The position numbers and the translations under genes are program-made. Under the pieces are notes generated by a model, which was given only the letters and a program-made list of their open reading frames with translations, was not told the origin of the DNA and ran no database searches. From the NCBI GenBank assembly GCA_002269645.1, contig NIVC01002350.1:62001-126000 (forward strand): DNA of 64,000 nt, in the 5' to 3' direction. Source of the DNA: Macrostomum lignano. Its lineage: Eukaryota. Shown in pieces: positions 1 through 12,174 of the stretch; the first letter of the stretch is position 1, and each line of letters opens with the position of its first letter.

Positions 1-539
1 AGGGTGGGCTGCAGTGGCGATTGCAGCTGTCCTCTATCAGGACTAGAAACCAGCTTAATAGATATCATTTTTGTAGCGAGCCTGTTCAATGCATTCATTG
101 ATTAAATTGTCCACCACACGGCTGTCATTAAATGAGTAACTACTGAGCAATGCCTTCCTTACTCAGTCTGGCCAACTTTTTTACAACTCTTCATACAACA
201 ACCCCCCTCCCCCGACTTCATGCAGCTATAATCCTTCCACCCCAAAGAAATGTCTGTTGAGCAATAATCAAAATTTTCTAAATTTTGCCCAATTTATTCC
301 TTCCGTCGAGCACCTTCGGTCCAATAACCTCTTGACTCCGGAGAGGTTGGAACTCTGTCTCAGAGGTCTGGCTTTTTCTGAAATATTGTCAAGTGAAATC
401 TTGCCCCAATAATGATTGAGTTATATTGTTGAGCCTGGCGATCAGTGAAGGTTGTCGAGCACTATTTATTCTCCAGACAGATGACACTGATGAGGCCTGA
501 TGTAATCATCACGAAACCTTTCTAGGAAACCGCTATCTA

Positions 540-1135
540 CTAATTTGCTTATCTACTTCTCTCTCCACCCTGTCTACCTGTGTCTACCTCTAAAAATTTG
601 CTTTTGTCTACCTTGTCTGATTACTGACTACTTCTTTGCTTACCTATCAAAACTTCCTGTTTAGCAAACTCAAACCTCTCTACCCTGACTACTTTTATGT
701 CTACCCTAGCTACTTCTATATCTACCCTAACTACTTCCATGCCTACTCTAACTACTTCTATGTCTACCCTAGCTAGTTCATTATCTACCCTAACTTCTAT
801 GTCTATCCTAGGTGCTCCCATGTCTACTCTAACTACTTCTATGTCTACCCTAGCTACTTCAATATCTACCCTAACTTCTATGTCTACCCTAGCTACTTCA
901 ATATCTACCCTAACTTCTATGTCTACCCTAGCTACTTCAATATCTACCCTAACTTCTATGTCTATCCTAGGTGCTCCCATGTCTACTCTAACTACTTCTA
1001 TGTCTACCCTAGCTACTTCGATGCCTACCCCAAATAATTTTCTACCTATCCGAGACTGTTTTCTATGTCCACTCCTCAACTCTAAATTTCCTTTATTTAC
1101 TATTCTGTCTGTCCTGCTTGTTGCATCCATATACT
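540..1135. repeat. Degenerate minisatellite (TCTACCCTA/GCTACTTCTATG units, ~12-21 bp)
   Basis: Recurrent ctaccctagctacttctatgt-like units. The ORFs 621..1130 and 697..1137 are repeat translations. Confidence 0.85.
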
Positions 1136-1509
1136 AAAAATGGTCTGCCGGTAGGTGTCTATCTATCTATTATCTTTAAACCTCTTTTCTCCCTCTTTTT
1201 CTTCTGTCGGTTGCCATTCACTTTAAGCATCGACAATTTCACATTTCAAGCGCGTCATCATTCTCCATTACGATTCCATTGTTGTAATGAAAATCAAATT
1301 AGAAAGCTGCATGCAATATCAGATATAATAATGAACAGCATTCAAGTTTGCAAATGACAAATAAACAATTTTTTTTTGTTTATTGAATTCGAAGGCAAGC
1401 ATCACTTTACAAAAAATGTTTAATGCAGATAAGTAAAAGTTTGCTTTTGGCAATGCGGACAAACATTTAGGAAAATGCCCTTGAGTAAGAAATGGATGCA
1501 TGTTAGGCG

Positions 1510-2410
1510 GAGATAGAGAAGTAGATAGTTGGGGAAGAGAAGTAGACAGTGGGAGGGAGAGTAGACAGAGTGGGAAGAAAAGTAGACTGAGGGGAGAGAG
1601 AAGTAGACTGAGGGGAGAGAGAAGTAGACAGTAGGGAGAGAGAAGTAGACAGAAGGGAGAGAGAAATAGACAGTGGGGAGAGAGAAGTAGACAGTGGGGT
1701 AGAGAAGTAGACAGTGGGGAGAGAGAAGTAGACAGTGGGGTAGAGAAGTAGACAGTGGGGAGAGAGAAGTAGACAGTGGAGGAGACAGAGAAGTAGACAG
1801 TGGGGAGAGAGAAGTAGACAGTGAGGAGAGAGAAATAGACAGTGGAGGAGAAAGAGAAGTAGACAGTGGGGAGAGAGAAGTAGACAGTGAGGAGAGAGAA
1901 ATAGACAGTGGAGGAGAAAGAGAAGTAGACAGTGGGGAGAGAGAAGTAGACAGTGGGGGAGAGAAGTAGACAGTGGGGGAGAGAAATAGACAGTGGAGGA
2001 GACAGAGAAGTAGACAGTGGGGAGAGAGAAGTAGACAGTGAGGAGAGAGAAATAGACAGTGGAGGAGAAAGAGAAGTAGACAGTGGGAGAGAGAAGTAGA
2101 CAGTGGGGGAGAGAAGTAGACAGTGGGGGAGAGAGTAGACAGTGTGGAGAGAGAGAAGTAGACAGTGGAGGAGAAAAAGAAGTAGACAGTGGGGAGAGAG
2201 TAGACAGTGGGGAGAGAGAGAAGTAGACAGTGGAGGAGAAAGAGAATTAGACAGTGAGGAGAGAGAAGTAGACAGTGGAGGAGAAAGAGAATTAGACAGT
2301 GGGGAGAGAGAAGTAGACAGTGGGGGAGAGAGTAGACAGTGTGGAGAGAGAGAAGTAGACAGTGGAGGAGAAAAAGAAGTAGACAGTGGGGAGAGAGAAG
2401 TAGACAGTGG
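1510..2410. repeat. Purine-rich minisatellite (GAGAGAAGTAGACAGTGGG, ~19-24 bp); second copy at ~12240-13140
   Basis: Tandem agaagtagacagtg units with variable G/GA linkers. Confidence 0.95.
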
Positions 2411-2452
2411 AGGAGTCGATATCGATAAAGTCAGAGTCAGTACTCAACACGC

Positions 2453-2603
2453 TCAAGAATCTGCGCCATCAAGCAGCAGCCGGTCAGTCTCGTCCAACAG
2501 TCTGGCCAATGAGCTGCCGCGTCGGTCAAGGCAGGCCCGAGCCTGAGCTGCCAGGCCTTCAGCGTCCACCGCCGATCGAAGTTCCTTCCTCCGCCTGAGC
2601 AGT
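2453..2603 (-). CDS. Possible terminal coding exon of an unidentified gene (helical peptide); duplicated at 13184-13334
   Basis: Acceptor TTTTATTGTTGCAG| at 2604-2605, then LLRRRKELRSAVDAEGLAAQARACLDRRGSSLARLLDETDRLLLDGADS*. GC-rich and exon-like, but no family recognised and no upstream exons found. Confidence 0.3.
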
Positions 2604-3769
2604 CTGCAACAATAAAAGCAACAAAAACTGCAGAGAGCGAAAAAGAGAGGCACCAGAAAGTGCAAAAAAGAAGCACTAGACAGTCAGTTTAACTCCCGGG
2701 GCTTCTCTCAATTAATTCGTTCGGCGGGATTCCGGTCGGTGCGGTGACAAGTTAATACTCGATGGTGGTTTCGGATTATTATAGATTGGTTAAGCGCTGC
2801 CGAGCGCAACACAGTGGGGAGAGGGCAGATGAGCTCAAATGATTGAGAAATCGAAGCTGAGCCAGCAGCATCAGCAGCTGCAGTTTGCCACATAATTGCC
2901 ACCCTCTCTGTCCCCTCCCAACCCCAAATTGAACCCCAGCAGCCACCGAGCGCCTGTGTCCCGTCCTGTCTGCCCCGCATGTGTAAATATATGAACCCCC
3001 CGCCGGAATTAAATCATTTCCTGCACTCGTCATTACCTCATTAAACAGCAGCCGCAGCAGCAGCAGCGCAATCGGTCTGGGGGGGGGCTTCGGCTGTAGG
3101 GGGGGGGGGGGGGAAAGTCACTGGAGATCCCGGCCAGTGTCAGATTTCTCTCTCCCCTACTCGGCCAGGCGAGCTGGCGGCCGGCGACGGGACCTCGCGA
3201 TGTCGGAGTCCCGCCATCTAATTCAATCAGTGAAAACCTGACAGAGGGACTGCCCGACCGGCAAATCCCAGAGGATCGGCGGTGGGGGGGGGAGGAGAGT
3301 CCGGGGAGTGTCAGATGCTGCTGGGGCTCAAATCTCTCTGCCCCAGCCTCTTCGTCAGAAGCTTCTCGCGGACCCGCCGCTCTGCTGCTGTTGCCAGATT
3401 TTCAGCTCCTGCCTTTCCCGCCAATTTCTGGAGACTCTTCTCGGGAAAGCAGAAAAAACACACAGACACACAGAGATACAGGAAGAGACAGCATTTAATT
3501 AAACTGGATCGAGGGAGCGGAGATGTGCCAAAAGGAATGCGAAAACAGATTAAAGCGGCCGCCGGCTAGGATGGATGTAGCCAAGGGAAATCACTGGGAC
3601 AGCTGGACTCTGGCCAGCTGAGGGTGGGCTGCATGGTCAGCTGCTGTTGAGAATTCGAGCTGAGGAAGATACCAAAACATGGCCGCAAAGGAATGGCTTG
3701 GATGGGGAGACAGGGAAATAACTGAAACTGCTGACAACTGGGCGCTGCCGACTGGAAAGGTGCGACATG

Positions 3770-3860
3770 CAGACAGGCAGACAAAAAAACAGACAGACAG
3801 ACAGAGAGACAGACAGAGACAGACAGGCAGACAGACACGCAGACAGACAGATAGACAGAA

Positions 3861-3921
<61 letters not shown>

Positions 3922-4370
3922 GGCAGACAAAAAAAACAGACAGACAGACACACAGACAGACGGACACTAACAGACAGGCAGACACTAACAGACAGGCAGA
4001 CACTAACAGACAGGCAGACACTAACAGACAGGCAGACACTAACAGACAGGCAGACACTAACAGACAGACAGACAGACACTAACAGACAGGCAGACACTAA
4101 CAGACAGACAGACAGACACTAACAGACAGACAGACAGACACTAACAGACAGGCAGACACTAACAGACAGGCAGACACTAACAGACAGGCAGACACTAACA
4201 GACAGGCAGACACTAACAGACAGACAGACACTAAGACACAGGCAGACACTAACAGACAGGCAGACACTAACAGACAGGCAGACACTAACAGACAGGCAGA
4301 CACTAACAGACAGGCAGACACTAACAGACAGGCAGACACTAACAGACAGGCAGACACTAAGACACAGGCC
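3770..4370. repeat. (AGAC)n microsatellite grading into an 18-bp ACTAACAGACAGGCAGAC minisatellite; second copy at ~14490-15090
   Basis: Tandem units seen directly. The SVCL and DRQT ORFs are artefacts. Confidence 0.95.
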
Positions 4371-5249
4371 AATAGAGACAGCTCAAAGCTTTGTTGTCAG
4401 CTGGCAATGAACAAGCGATTCCCCTCATTGAACGTTCAGCGCACAAAGAATTGGGAACAATTTCCAAGCAGCAAGTTGACGTTATAAATCTATGGCTATA
4501 ATCGTATACACAAGCAACCCCGAATTGATATATTAATGCGCCTTAATAAGACATAAAAACTCAGCACGGCCAGACAGAAGCGCTGGTGGCGGTGGTAGGC
4601 GGTGGTTGGGTCGGGTGATCAGCTTTAATTTAGCACCGGCGCCAACAATCCACCCATGGGAGTTCGACAAGCTCCCAAGCAAAACCCGATGCCAATTATC
4701 AGATAAAGACTAAAGGGTTGGCGACCCCTTGCTTCCTTCTGTCAACTGGCCACCCCAACCCCTTGGCCAGTCCCCCCCGAAGGCTCGAATAGAAATCGAC
4801 ATTGGGGCGAGTCACCAAGGCCAGTGGACTTGAAGAGCTAGATCATGCATAATATCATTATTGTATACGATTTAGATCTTGCTGTAAGATCACTTGTTGA
4901 GACTACTGCTATTTAGAGCTTGCCAATAATAATAAAAACCATATAGGGTTGCTCATAAATTTGGGGGGAAATTTTTTTAGAGAATTCCCTGGGGCTAATC
5001 GGAGCCGAAGAAATTCGATGGCCGATGGCCTAAATTGTTTTTATCTCGTAAATAGCCATTGAAACACTCGTTTCCAATCTTCTGCTTCTAGAAGGAGGAC
5101 CCTCCAGGAGGCGCAAAATAGATCCGCGTCACGCAGGCTAACTACGCGGGCGCGGTTTGGGCCGTTTTATTCTTGTCACCGCAGCCATGCTTTTGTAGGC
5201 GATTTTGGGCTCTGTAGCTGACCGCCTGCCCGCGTCTCTTCCCTCTCCT

Positions 5250-7780
5250 TCCTCCCTGTCAGCCTCTCCCTCTTAGCCTCTCCCTTTCCCTCTCAGCCTC
5301 TCCCTTTCCCTCTCAGTCTCTCCCTTTCCCTCTCAGCCTCTCCCTCTCTCTCTCAGCCTCTCCCTTTCCCTTTCCCTCTCAGCCTCTCCCATTCCCTCTC
5401 TCTCTCTCAGCTTCTCCCTTTCCCTCAGCCTCTCCCTTTCCTTTTCCCTCTCGCCTCTCCCTTTCCCTCTCAGCCTCTCCCTCTCTCTCTCTCTCAGCTT
5501 CTCCCTTTCCCTCTCAGCCTCTCCCTTTCCCTCTCAGCCTCTCCCTCTTAACCTCTCCATTTCCTTTTCCCTCTCGCCTCTCCCTTTCCCTCTTAGCCTC
5601 TCCATTTCCTTTTCCCTCTCGCCTCTCCCTTTCCCTCTTAGCCTCTCCCTTTCCTTTTCCATCTCGCCTCTCCCTTTCCCTCTCAGCCTCTCCCTCTCCC
5701 TCTTAACCTCTCCATTTCCTTTTCCCTCTCGCCTCTCCCTTTCCCTCTCAGCCTCTACCTCTCCCTCTTAACCTCTCCATTTCCCTTTCCCTCTCGCCTC
5801 TCCCTTTCCCTCTCAGCCTCTCCCTCTCCCTCTTAACCTCTCCATTTCCTTTTCCCTCTCAGCCTCTCCCTTTCCTTTTCCCTCTCGCCTCTCCCTTTCC
5901 ATCTCAGCCTCTCCCTTTCCATCTCAGCCTCTCCCTTTCCATCTCAGCCTCTCCCTTTCCCTTTCCCTCTCAGCCTCTCCCTTTCCCTCTCAGCCTCTCC
6001 CTTTCCATCTCAGCCTCTCCCTTTCCATCTCAGCCTCTCTCTTTCCCTTTCCCTCTCAGCCTCTCCCTTTCCCTTTCCCTCTCCCTCTCAGCCTCTCCCT
6101 TTCCCTTTCCCTCTCAGCGTCTCCCTCTCAGAATCTCCCTTTCCCTCAGCGCCTCTCCCTCTCAGCCTCTCCCTTTCCCTTTCCCTCTCAGCGTCTCCCT
6201 CTCGGAATCTCCCTTTCCCTCAGCGCCTCTCCCTCTCCCTCTCAGCCTCTCCCTTTCCCTTTCCCTCTCAGCGTCTCCCTTTCCCTTTCCCTCTCAGCGT
6301 CTCCCTTTCCCTTTCCCTCTCAGCATCTCCCTCTCAGAATCTCCCTTTCCCTCAGCGCCTCTCCTTTTCCCTCTCAGCCTCTCCTTTACCCTCTCAGCCT
6401 CTCCTTTTCCCTCTCAGCCTCTCCTTTTCCCTCTCAGCCTCTCCTTTTCCCTCTCAGCCTCTCCTTTACCCTCTCAGCCTCTCCTTTACCCTCTCAGCCT
6501 CTCCTTTTCCCTCTCAGCCTCTCCTTTACCCTCTCAGCCTCTCCTTTTCCCTCTCAGCCTCTCCTTTACCCTCTCAGCCTCTCCTTTTCCCTCTCAGCCT
6601 CTCCTTTTCCCTCTCAGCCTCTCCTTTTCCCTCTCAGCCTCTCCTTTTCCCTCTCAGCCTCTCCTTTACCCTCTCAGCCTCTCCTTTTCCCTCTCAGCCT
6701 CTCCTTTTCCCTCTCAGCCTCTCCCTTTTCATCTCAGAATCTTTCTTTCCCTTAGCCTCTCCCTCTTAGCCTCTCCCTCTCAGCCTCTCCTTTCCATCTC
6801 AGAATCTTTTTTCCCTCTTAGTCTCTCCCTTTCCCTCAGCCTCTCCCTCTTAGCCTCTCCCTTTCCCTCAGCCTCTCCCTCTTAGTCTCTCCCTTTCCCT
6901 CTCAGAATCTCCCTTTCCCTCAGCGCCTCTCCCTCTCCCTCTCAGCCTCTCCCTTTCCCTCTCAGCGTCTCCCTCTCAGAATCTCCCTTTCCCTCAGCGC
7001 CTCTCCCTCTCCCTCTCAGCCTCTCCCTTTCCCTTTCCCTCTCAGCGTCTCCCTTTCCCTTTCCCTCTCAGCGTCTCCCTCTCAGAATCTCCCTTTCCCT
7101 CAGCGCCTCTCCTTTTCCCTCTCAGCCTCTCCTTTACCCTCTCAGCCTCTCCTTTTCCCTCTCAGCCTCTCCTTTTCCCTCTCAGCCTCTCCTTTTCCCT
7201 CTCAGCCTCTCCTTTTCCCTCTCAGCCTCTCCTTTTCCCTCTCAGCCTCTCCTTTTCCCTCTCAGCCTCTCCTTTTCCCTCTCAGCCTCTCCTTTACCCT
7301 CTCAGCCTCTCCCTTTCCCTCTCAGCCTCTCCTTTTCCCTCTCAGCCTCTCCTTTTCCCTCTCAGCCTCTCCCTTTCCCTCTCAGCCTCTCCTTTTCCCT
7401 CTCAGCCTCTCCTTTTCCCTCTCAGCCTCTCCCTTTCCCTCTCAGCCTCTCCCTTTTCATCTCAGAATCTTTCTTTCCCTTAGCCTCTCCCTCTTAGCCT
7501 CTCCCTCTCAGCCTCTCCTTTCCATCTCAGAATCTTTTTTTCCCTCTTAGTCTCTCCCTTTCCCTCAGCCTCTCCCTCTTAGCCTCTCCCTTTCCCTCAG
7601 CCTCTCCCTCTTAGTCTCTCCCTTTCCCTCTCAGCATCTCCCTCTCAGAATCTCCCTTTCCCTCAGCGCCTCTCCCTCTCAGCCGCTCCTTTTCCCTCTC
7701 AGCCGCTCCTTTTCCCTCTCAGCCTCTCCTTTACCCTCTCAGCCTCTCCTTTTCCCTCTCAGCCTCTCCCTCTCCCCCTC
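5250..7780. repeat. Pyrimidine-rich ~20-bp minisatellite (CTCTCAGCCTCTCCTTTTCC); second copy at ~15975-18390
   Basis: Tandem cagcctctcc-cored units with internal block duplications. Confidence 0.95.
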
Positions 7781-8664
7781 AGCTGTCCATTCTCATTTGC
7801 AGCCGCAAACGTCTCAGCAAATTTTTCATGGTTCTACAGGCAGACACAGCGCCTTAAACACAGGTGCCGAAAGTGTCGTTCTATTGTATGTATAGTTACG
7901 AGTATATATACGAGTAGGCCTCGACAACATAACGAGAAGACTTCTAAGACTTCTACTATCAATATTCAAGCAGGCATTTAGGCTATTTTAATGGATACAG
8001 TAGCTATCGAATCACATAACAGGCGTCCCATCTGGGATGTCAAGGTGTGGTTTTATTAGGTTAGGTGAAAAATCAGAAATAAGCGCAGACACACACACAG
8101 CTAGACAGCAGACGCTGCAGCAAGATACCCTGAAGAGCTCTAAGAGACGCCGGTCCAAGCCATCTGGTTGATGAGACGCCGGCAGTCAGTCCCGGAAGGC
8201 CTTAGCGACACTTTCAAGCGATAACACTTCAACACGATCACCCGAGAAGGAGGCGATAGAACAATAATAAAAAATACTTCAACACGGCAGCCAGGAGACC
8301 CTCTTGTTCTCTTTTCTATAAGTTTTCGAGCGGAGAATTACAGAATTGAAGTGGCGTTTCAGTTATCCGCAACCACCAAACTAACCCACTTGAAGGCCGA
8401 CTTGTAACCCCGGCTAATATATACAGTGGCGCATATATTACACAGACTGCTCTTGGCTTCTGTAGCAACTGAGCATAAGGCCAATTCAACTCATAGAGTG
8501 AGCATGCAGCCATTGTGTTTGTCTGCCTGCTGCCATTGATTCCTATTGATACAAATTATATGAAATTATCATTCTGCTTCGTATTGCGACTTGAAAAATA
8601 ACTTAACTAATTATGACCAGAATATATTGACAGTTCCCATGATTGACAGGGCAGCGAGATTGGC

Positions 8665-9600
8665 TTCTCAGCCTCTACCTCTCCCTGCCTCTCTCCCTGC
8701 ATCTCTTCCTCTCTCCCTGCATCTCTTCCTCTCCCGCTGCATCTCTTCCTCTCCTGCATCTCTGCCTCTCTCCCTGCATCTTCCTCTCTCCATGCATCTC
8801 TTCCACTCTGCCTGCATCTCTTCCTCTCTCCCTGCATCTCTTCCTCTCTCCCTGCATCTCTTCCTCTCTCCCTGCATCTCTTCCTCTCTCCCTGCATCTC
8901 TTCCTCTCTCCCTGCATCTCTTCCTCTCTCCTTGCATCTCTTCTCTCTCCCTGCATCTTTTCCCCTCTCCCTGCATCTCCGCCTCTCTACCTGCATCTCT
9001 GCCTCTCTCCCTGCATCTCCGTCTCTCTCCTTGCATCTCTTCCACTCTGCCTGCATCTCTCCCTCTCTCCCTGCATCTCTGCTTCTCTCCCTGCATCTCT
9101 TCCTCTCTCCCTGCATATCTCCTCTCTCCCTTCATCTCTGCTTCTCTCCCTGCATCTTCCTCTCTCCCTGCATCTCTGCCTCTCTCCCTGCATCTCTGCC
9201 TCTCTCCCTGCATCTCTTCCTCTCTCCCTGTATCTCTTCCACTCTGCCTGCATCTCTGCCTCTCTCCTTGCATCTCTTCCACTCTGCCTGCATCTCTTCC
9301 TCTCTCCCTGCATCTCTGCCTCTCTCCTTGCATCTCTGCCTCTCCCTGCATCTCTGCCTCTCTCCCTGCATCTCTGCCTCTCTCCCTGCATCTCTGCCTC
9401 TCTTCTTGCATCTCTTCCACTCTGCCTGCATCTCTGCCTCTCTCCCTGCATCTCTGCCTCTCTCCTTGCATCTCTTCCACTCTGCCTGCATCTCTGCCTC
9501 TCTCCCTTTCTCTCTACATGCCTCCATTTCTCCTTGTCGCCCTGCATCTCACCATCTCCCCTTCATTTCCCCCTGATCAATAAATTTCTCTCCCTGCATC
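8665..9600. repeat. ~20-bp minisatellite (CTCTCTCCCTGCATCTCTKC); second copy at ~19280-20210
   Basis: Tandem ctgcatctc units. The overlapping 200-330 aa ORFs are repeat translations. Confidence 0.95.
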
Positions 9601-11174
9601 GCCCTCCCATTCCCACACCCAAGTTATAAAATCGCAAACCAAAGGACAGCAAAGCCGCATTAGAACCTCGGCAGATGAAACATTTCTGAAGAAAATAAGG
9701 ATTATCACCGAGAATTATCTGACTCAATTTCCCAAACCTCCCACACTCCCAAAATTTGAGTCGCGGGCCAGTCGTATCCCAGACGTTTCCACAGTTTTAA
9801 ACCGCGAACTGGAATTCATATTTGCCTGCAAAAGATTGAGAAAGACACAGACTTACACACGCATACATACACATACAAATTTATATAGAGACAACACAGG
9901 AAGCCTGGACCTTCCACAACGAATTTTAGGGGAAAGCGGGGGTGATACAGGCAGTAGCTTATATTTGATTGAGAAAGGTATTAGGAATCTAAGCGGCAAA
10001 AATGAGACAGGAAATGGAGATGGGAATCGGAGCTAAAAAGCATCTGCAGGCGGGGTTTGATGGTCCGTATTTGTTCAAAATTGGTCTAGCAAAACACACA
10101 CACACACATACACAGAGACACGCGCAAACCGCCCCTATTTCTCCTAACAATGCATAATCTGTGTGCGCGGCTTAGGTTGGTTTTTAACCCCTCTTCTCAC
10201 TTCCGTCAAGGAGACGCTGCTGCTGCTGCTGCTGCTTCTAGAAGGAATAGCAACAAGGATTAGAAATCAGAGAATCAACTGCTGGGAATCTAGAAGCAGA
10301 AAGAAAGCAAGGACAAGAGAGGAAATCGGGGCAGGGGGACGCAGCACCTGATTCTGTCGGGAGTTCCGCGATCGATTTTGTTTTTGTTTCACAAAACACA
10401 CGCAGCAACAGCAAAAGCAGAAACGATTCCCACTCTATCCGGCTTGAAGAGATGCGAAAGCAGCAACAGACGCAGCAAAAATCTGCAGAAGCATTGCCTG
10501 AAGTGGACACGCACAATGCACAAGGGCGATGCTCCCCCCGTCCCGCAATGACCTCTTAAGATTCCGATTCGCGCTGCACTGCTTAGCTGATTGTCTGCAA
10601 AAAATCAAGGTTAACAATCAAGATAATGCAACCCCCTCCCTCCAGAAGGCAGAAGCGCAAAAGCAAACACCTTGCTAATCGCTCAGGCTTGCAGGAATAT
10701 AAAAAAAACTGCTTTAAAAATGTGTCAACAGCAAGCATATTGGGACAACTTCAGGATTGTCTGTCGGGCCTGAAGCAGAAGGACCCTTTTTTGCAAACTT
10801 GAGCGCTCTTACAGATTGGTCTTAGTAGTGATATATCCTTCCCAATTTATGGAATTGCATGCAGCTAAATATTACACTATTATAAAGAAGACTTTGAGGC
10901 CCTCCCGTCCGTCTCTGTCCCCCAAGCAAACAGGCTGCTCATTCAGCGAAAAAACTAGCGAACATATGCGCTGCTTCAGCCTGTCGTCTGCTGCTACAAG
11001 AAGAAGCGAAATCAAGTAGAGCAGAGAAAAGGGATTTATCCTAAACGAAAAAAGTTGGCAAACAGAGGCCTCTGTCCGAAATGGTCTTGCATGTTCTTAA
11101 TCTGCAAAGTGAGATTAACAGGCTGGGGGGCAGACTGAAAGAATGTCAGACTGGACTGGGGACTGGGGACTGAA

Positions 11175-12174
11175 NNNNNNNNNNNNNNNNNNNNNNNNNN
11201 NNNNNNNNNNNNNNNNNNNNNNNNNNNNNNNNNNNNNNNNNNNNNNNNNNNNNNNNNNNNNNNNNNNNNNNNNNNNNNNNNNNNNNNNNNNNNNNNNNNN
11301 NNNNNNNNNNNNNNNNNNNNNNNNNNNNNNNNNNNNNNNNNNNNNNNNNNNNNNNNNNNNNNNNNNNNNNNNNNNNNNNNNNNNNNNNNNNNNNNNNNNN
11401 NNNNNNNNNNNNNNNNNNNNNNNNNNNNNNNNNNNNNNNNNNNNNNNNNNNNNNNNNNNNNNNNNNNNNNNNNNNNNNNNNNNNNNNNNNNNNNNNNNNN
11501 NNNNNNNNNNNNNNNNNNNNNNNNNNNNNNNNNNNNNNNNNNNNNNNNNNNNNNNNNNNNNNNNNNNNNNNNNNNNNNNNNNNNNNNNNNNNNNNNNNNN
11601 NNNNNNNNNNNNNNNNNNNNNNNNNNNNNNNNNNNNNNNNNNNNNNNNNNNNNNNNNNNNNNNNNNNNNNNNNNNNNNNNNNNNNNNNNNNNNNNNNNNN
11701 NNNNNNNNNNNNNNNNNNNNNNNNNNNNNNNNNNNNNNNNNNNNNNNNNNNNNNNNNNNNNNNNNNNNNNNNNNNNNNNNNNNNNNNNNNNNNNNNNNNN
11801 NNNNNNNNNNNNNNNNNNNNNNNNNNNNNNNNNNNNNNNNNNNNNNNNNNNNNNNNNNNNNNNNNNNNNNNNNNNNNNNNNNNNNNNNNNNNNNNNNNNN
11901 NNNNNNNNNNNNNNNNNNNNNNNNNNNNNNNNNNNNNNNNNNNNNNNNNNNNNNNNNNNNNNNNNNNNNNNNNNNNNNNNNNNNNNNNNNNNNNNNNNNN
12001 NNNNNNNNNNNNNNNNNNNNNNNNNNNNNNNNNNNNNNNNNNNNNNNNNNNNNNNNNNNNNNNNNNNNNNNNNNNNNNNNNNNNNNNNNNNNNNNNNNNN
12101 NNNNNNNNNNNNNNNNNNNNNNNNNNNNNNNNNNNNNNNNNNNNNNNNNNNNNNNNNNNNNNNNNNNNNNNNNN
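11175..12174. other. Assembly gap (1000 N)
   Basis: Run of exactly 1000 N, which looks like a placeholder size. Confidence 1.

Larger units (their letters stand above)
1450..11174. repeat. Copy 1 of a ~9.7 kb direct duplication
   Basis: Starts gcaatgcggacaaacatttagg, the same as 12175. All unique and repeat blocks recur at an offset of ~10.73 kb, falling to ~10.61 kb after the CT-rich array. Confidence 0.95.
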
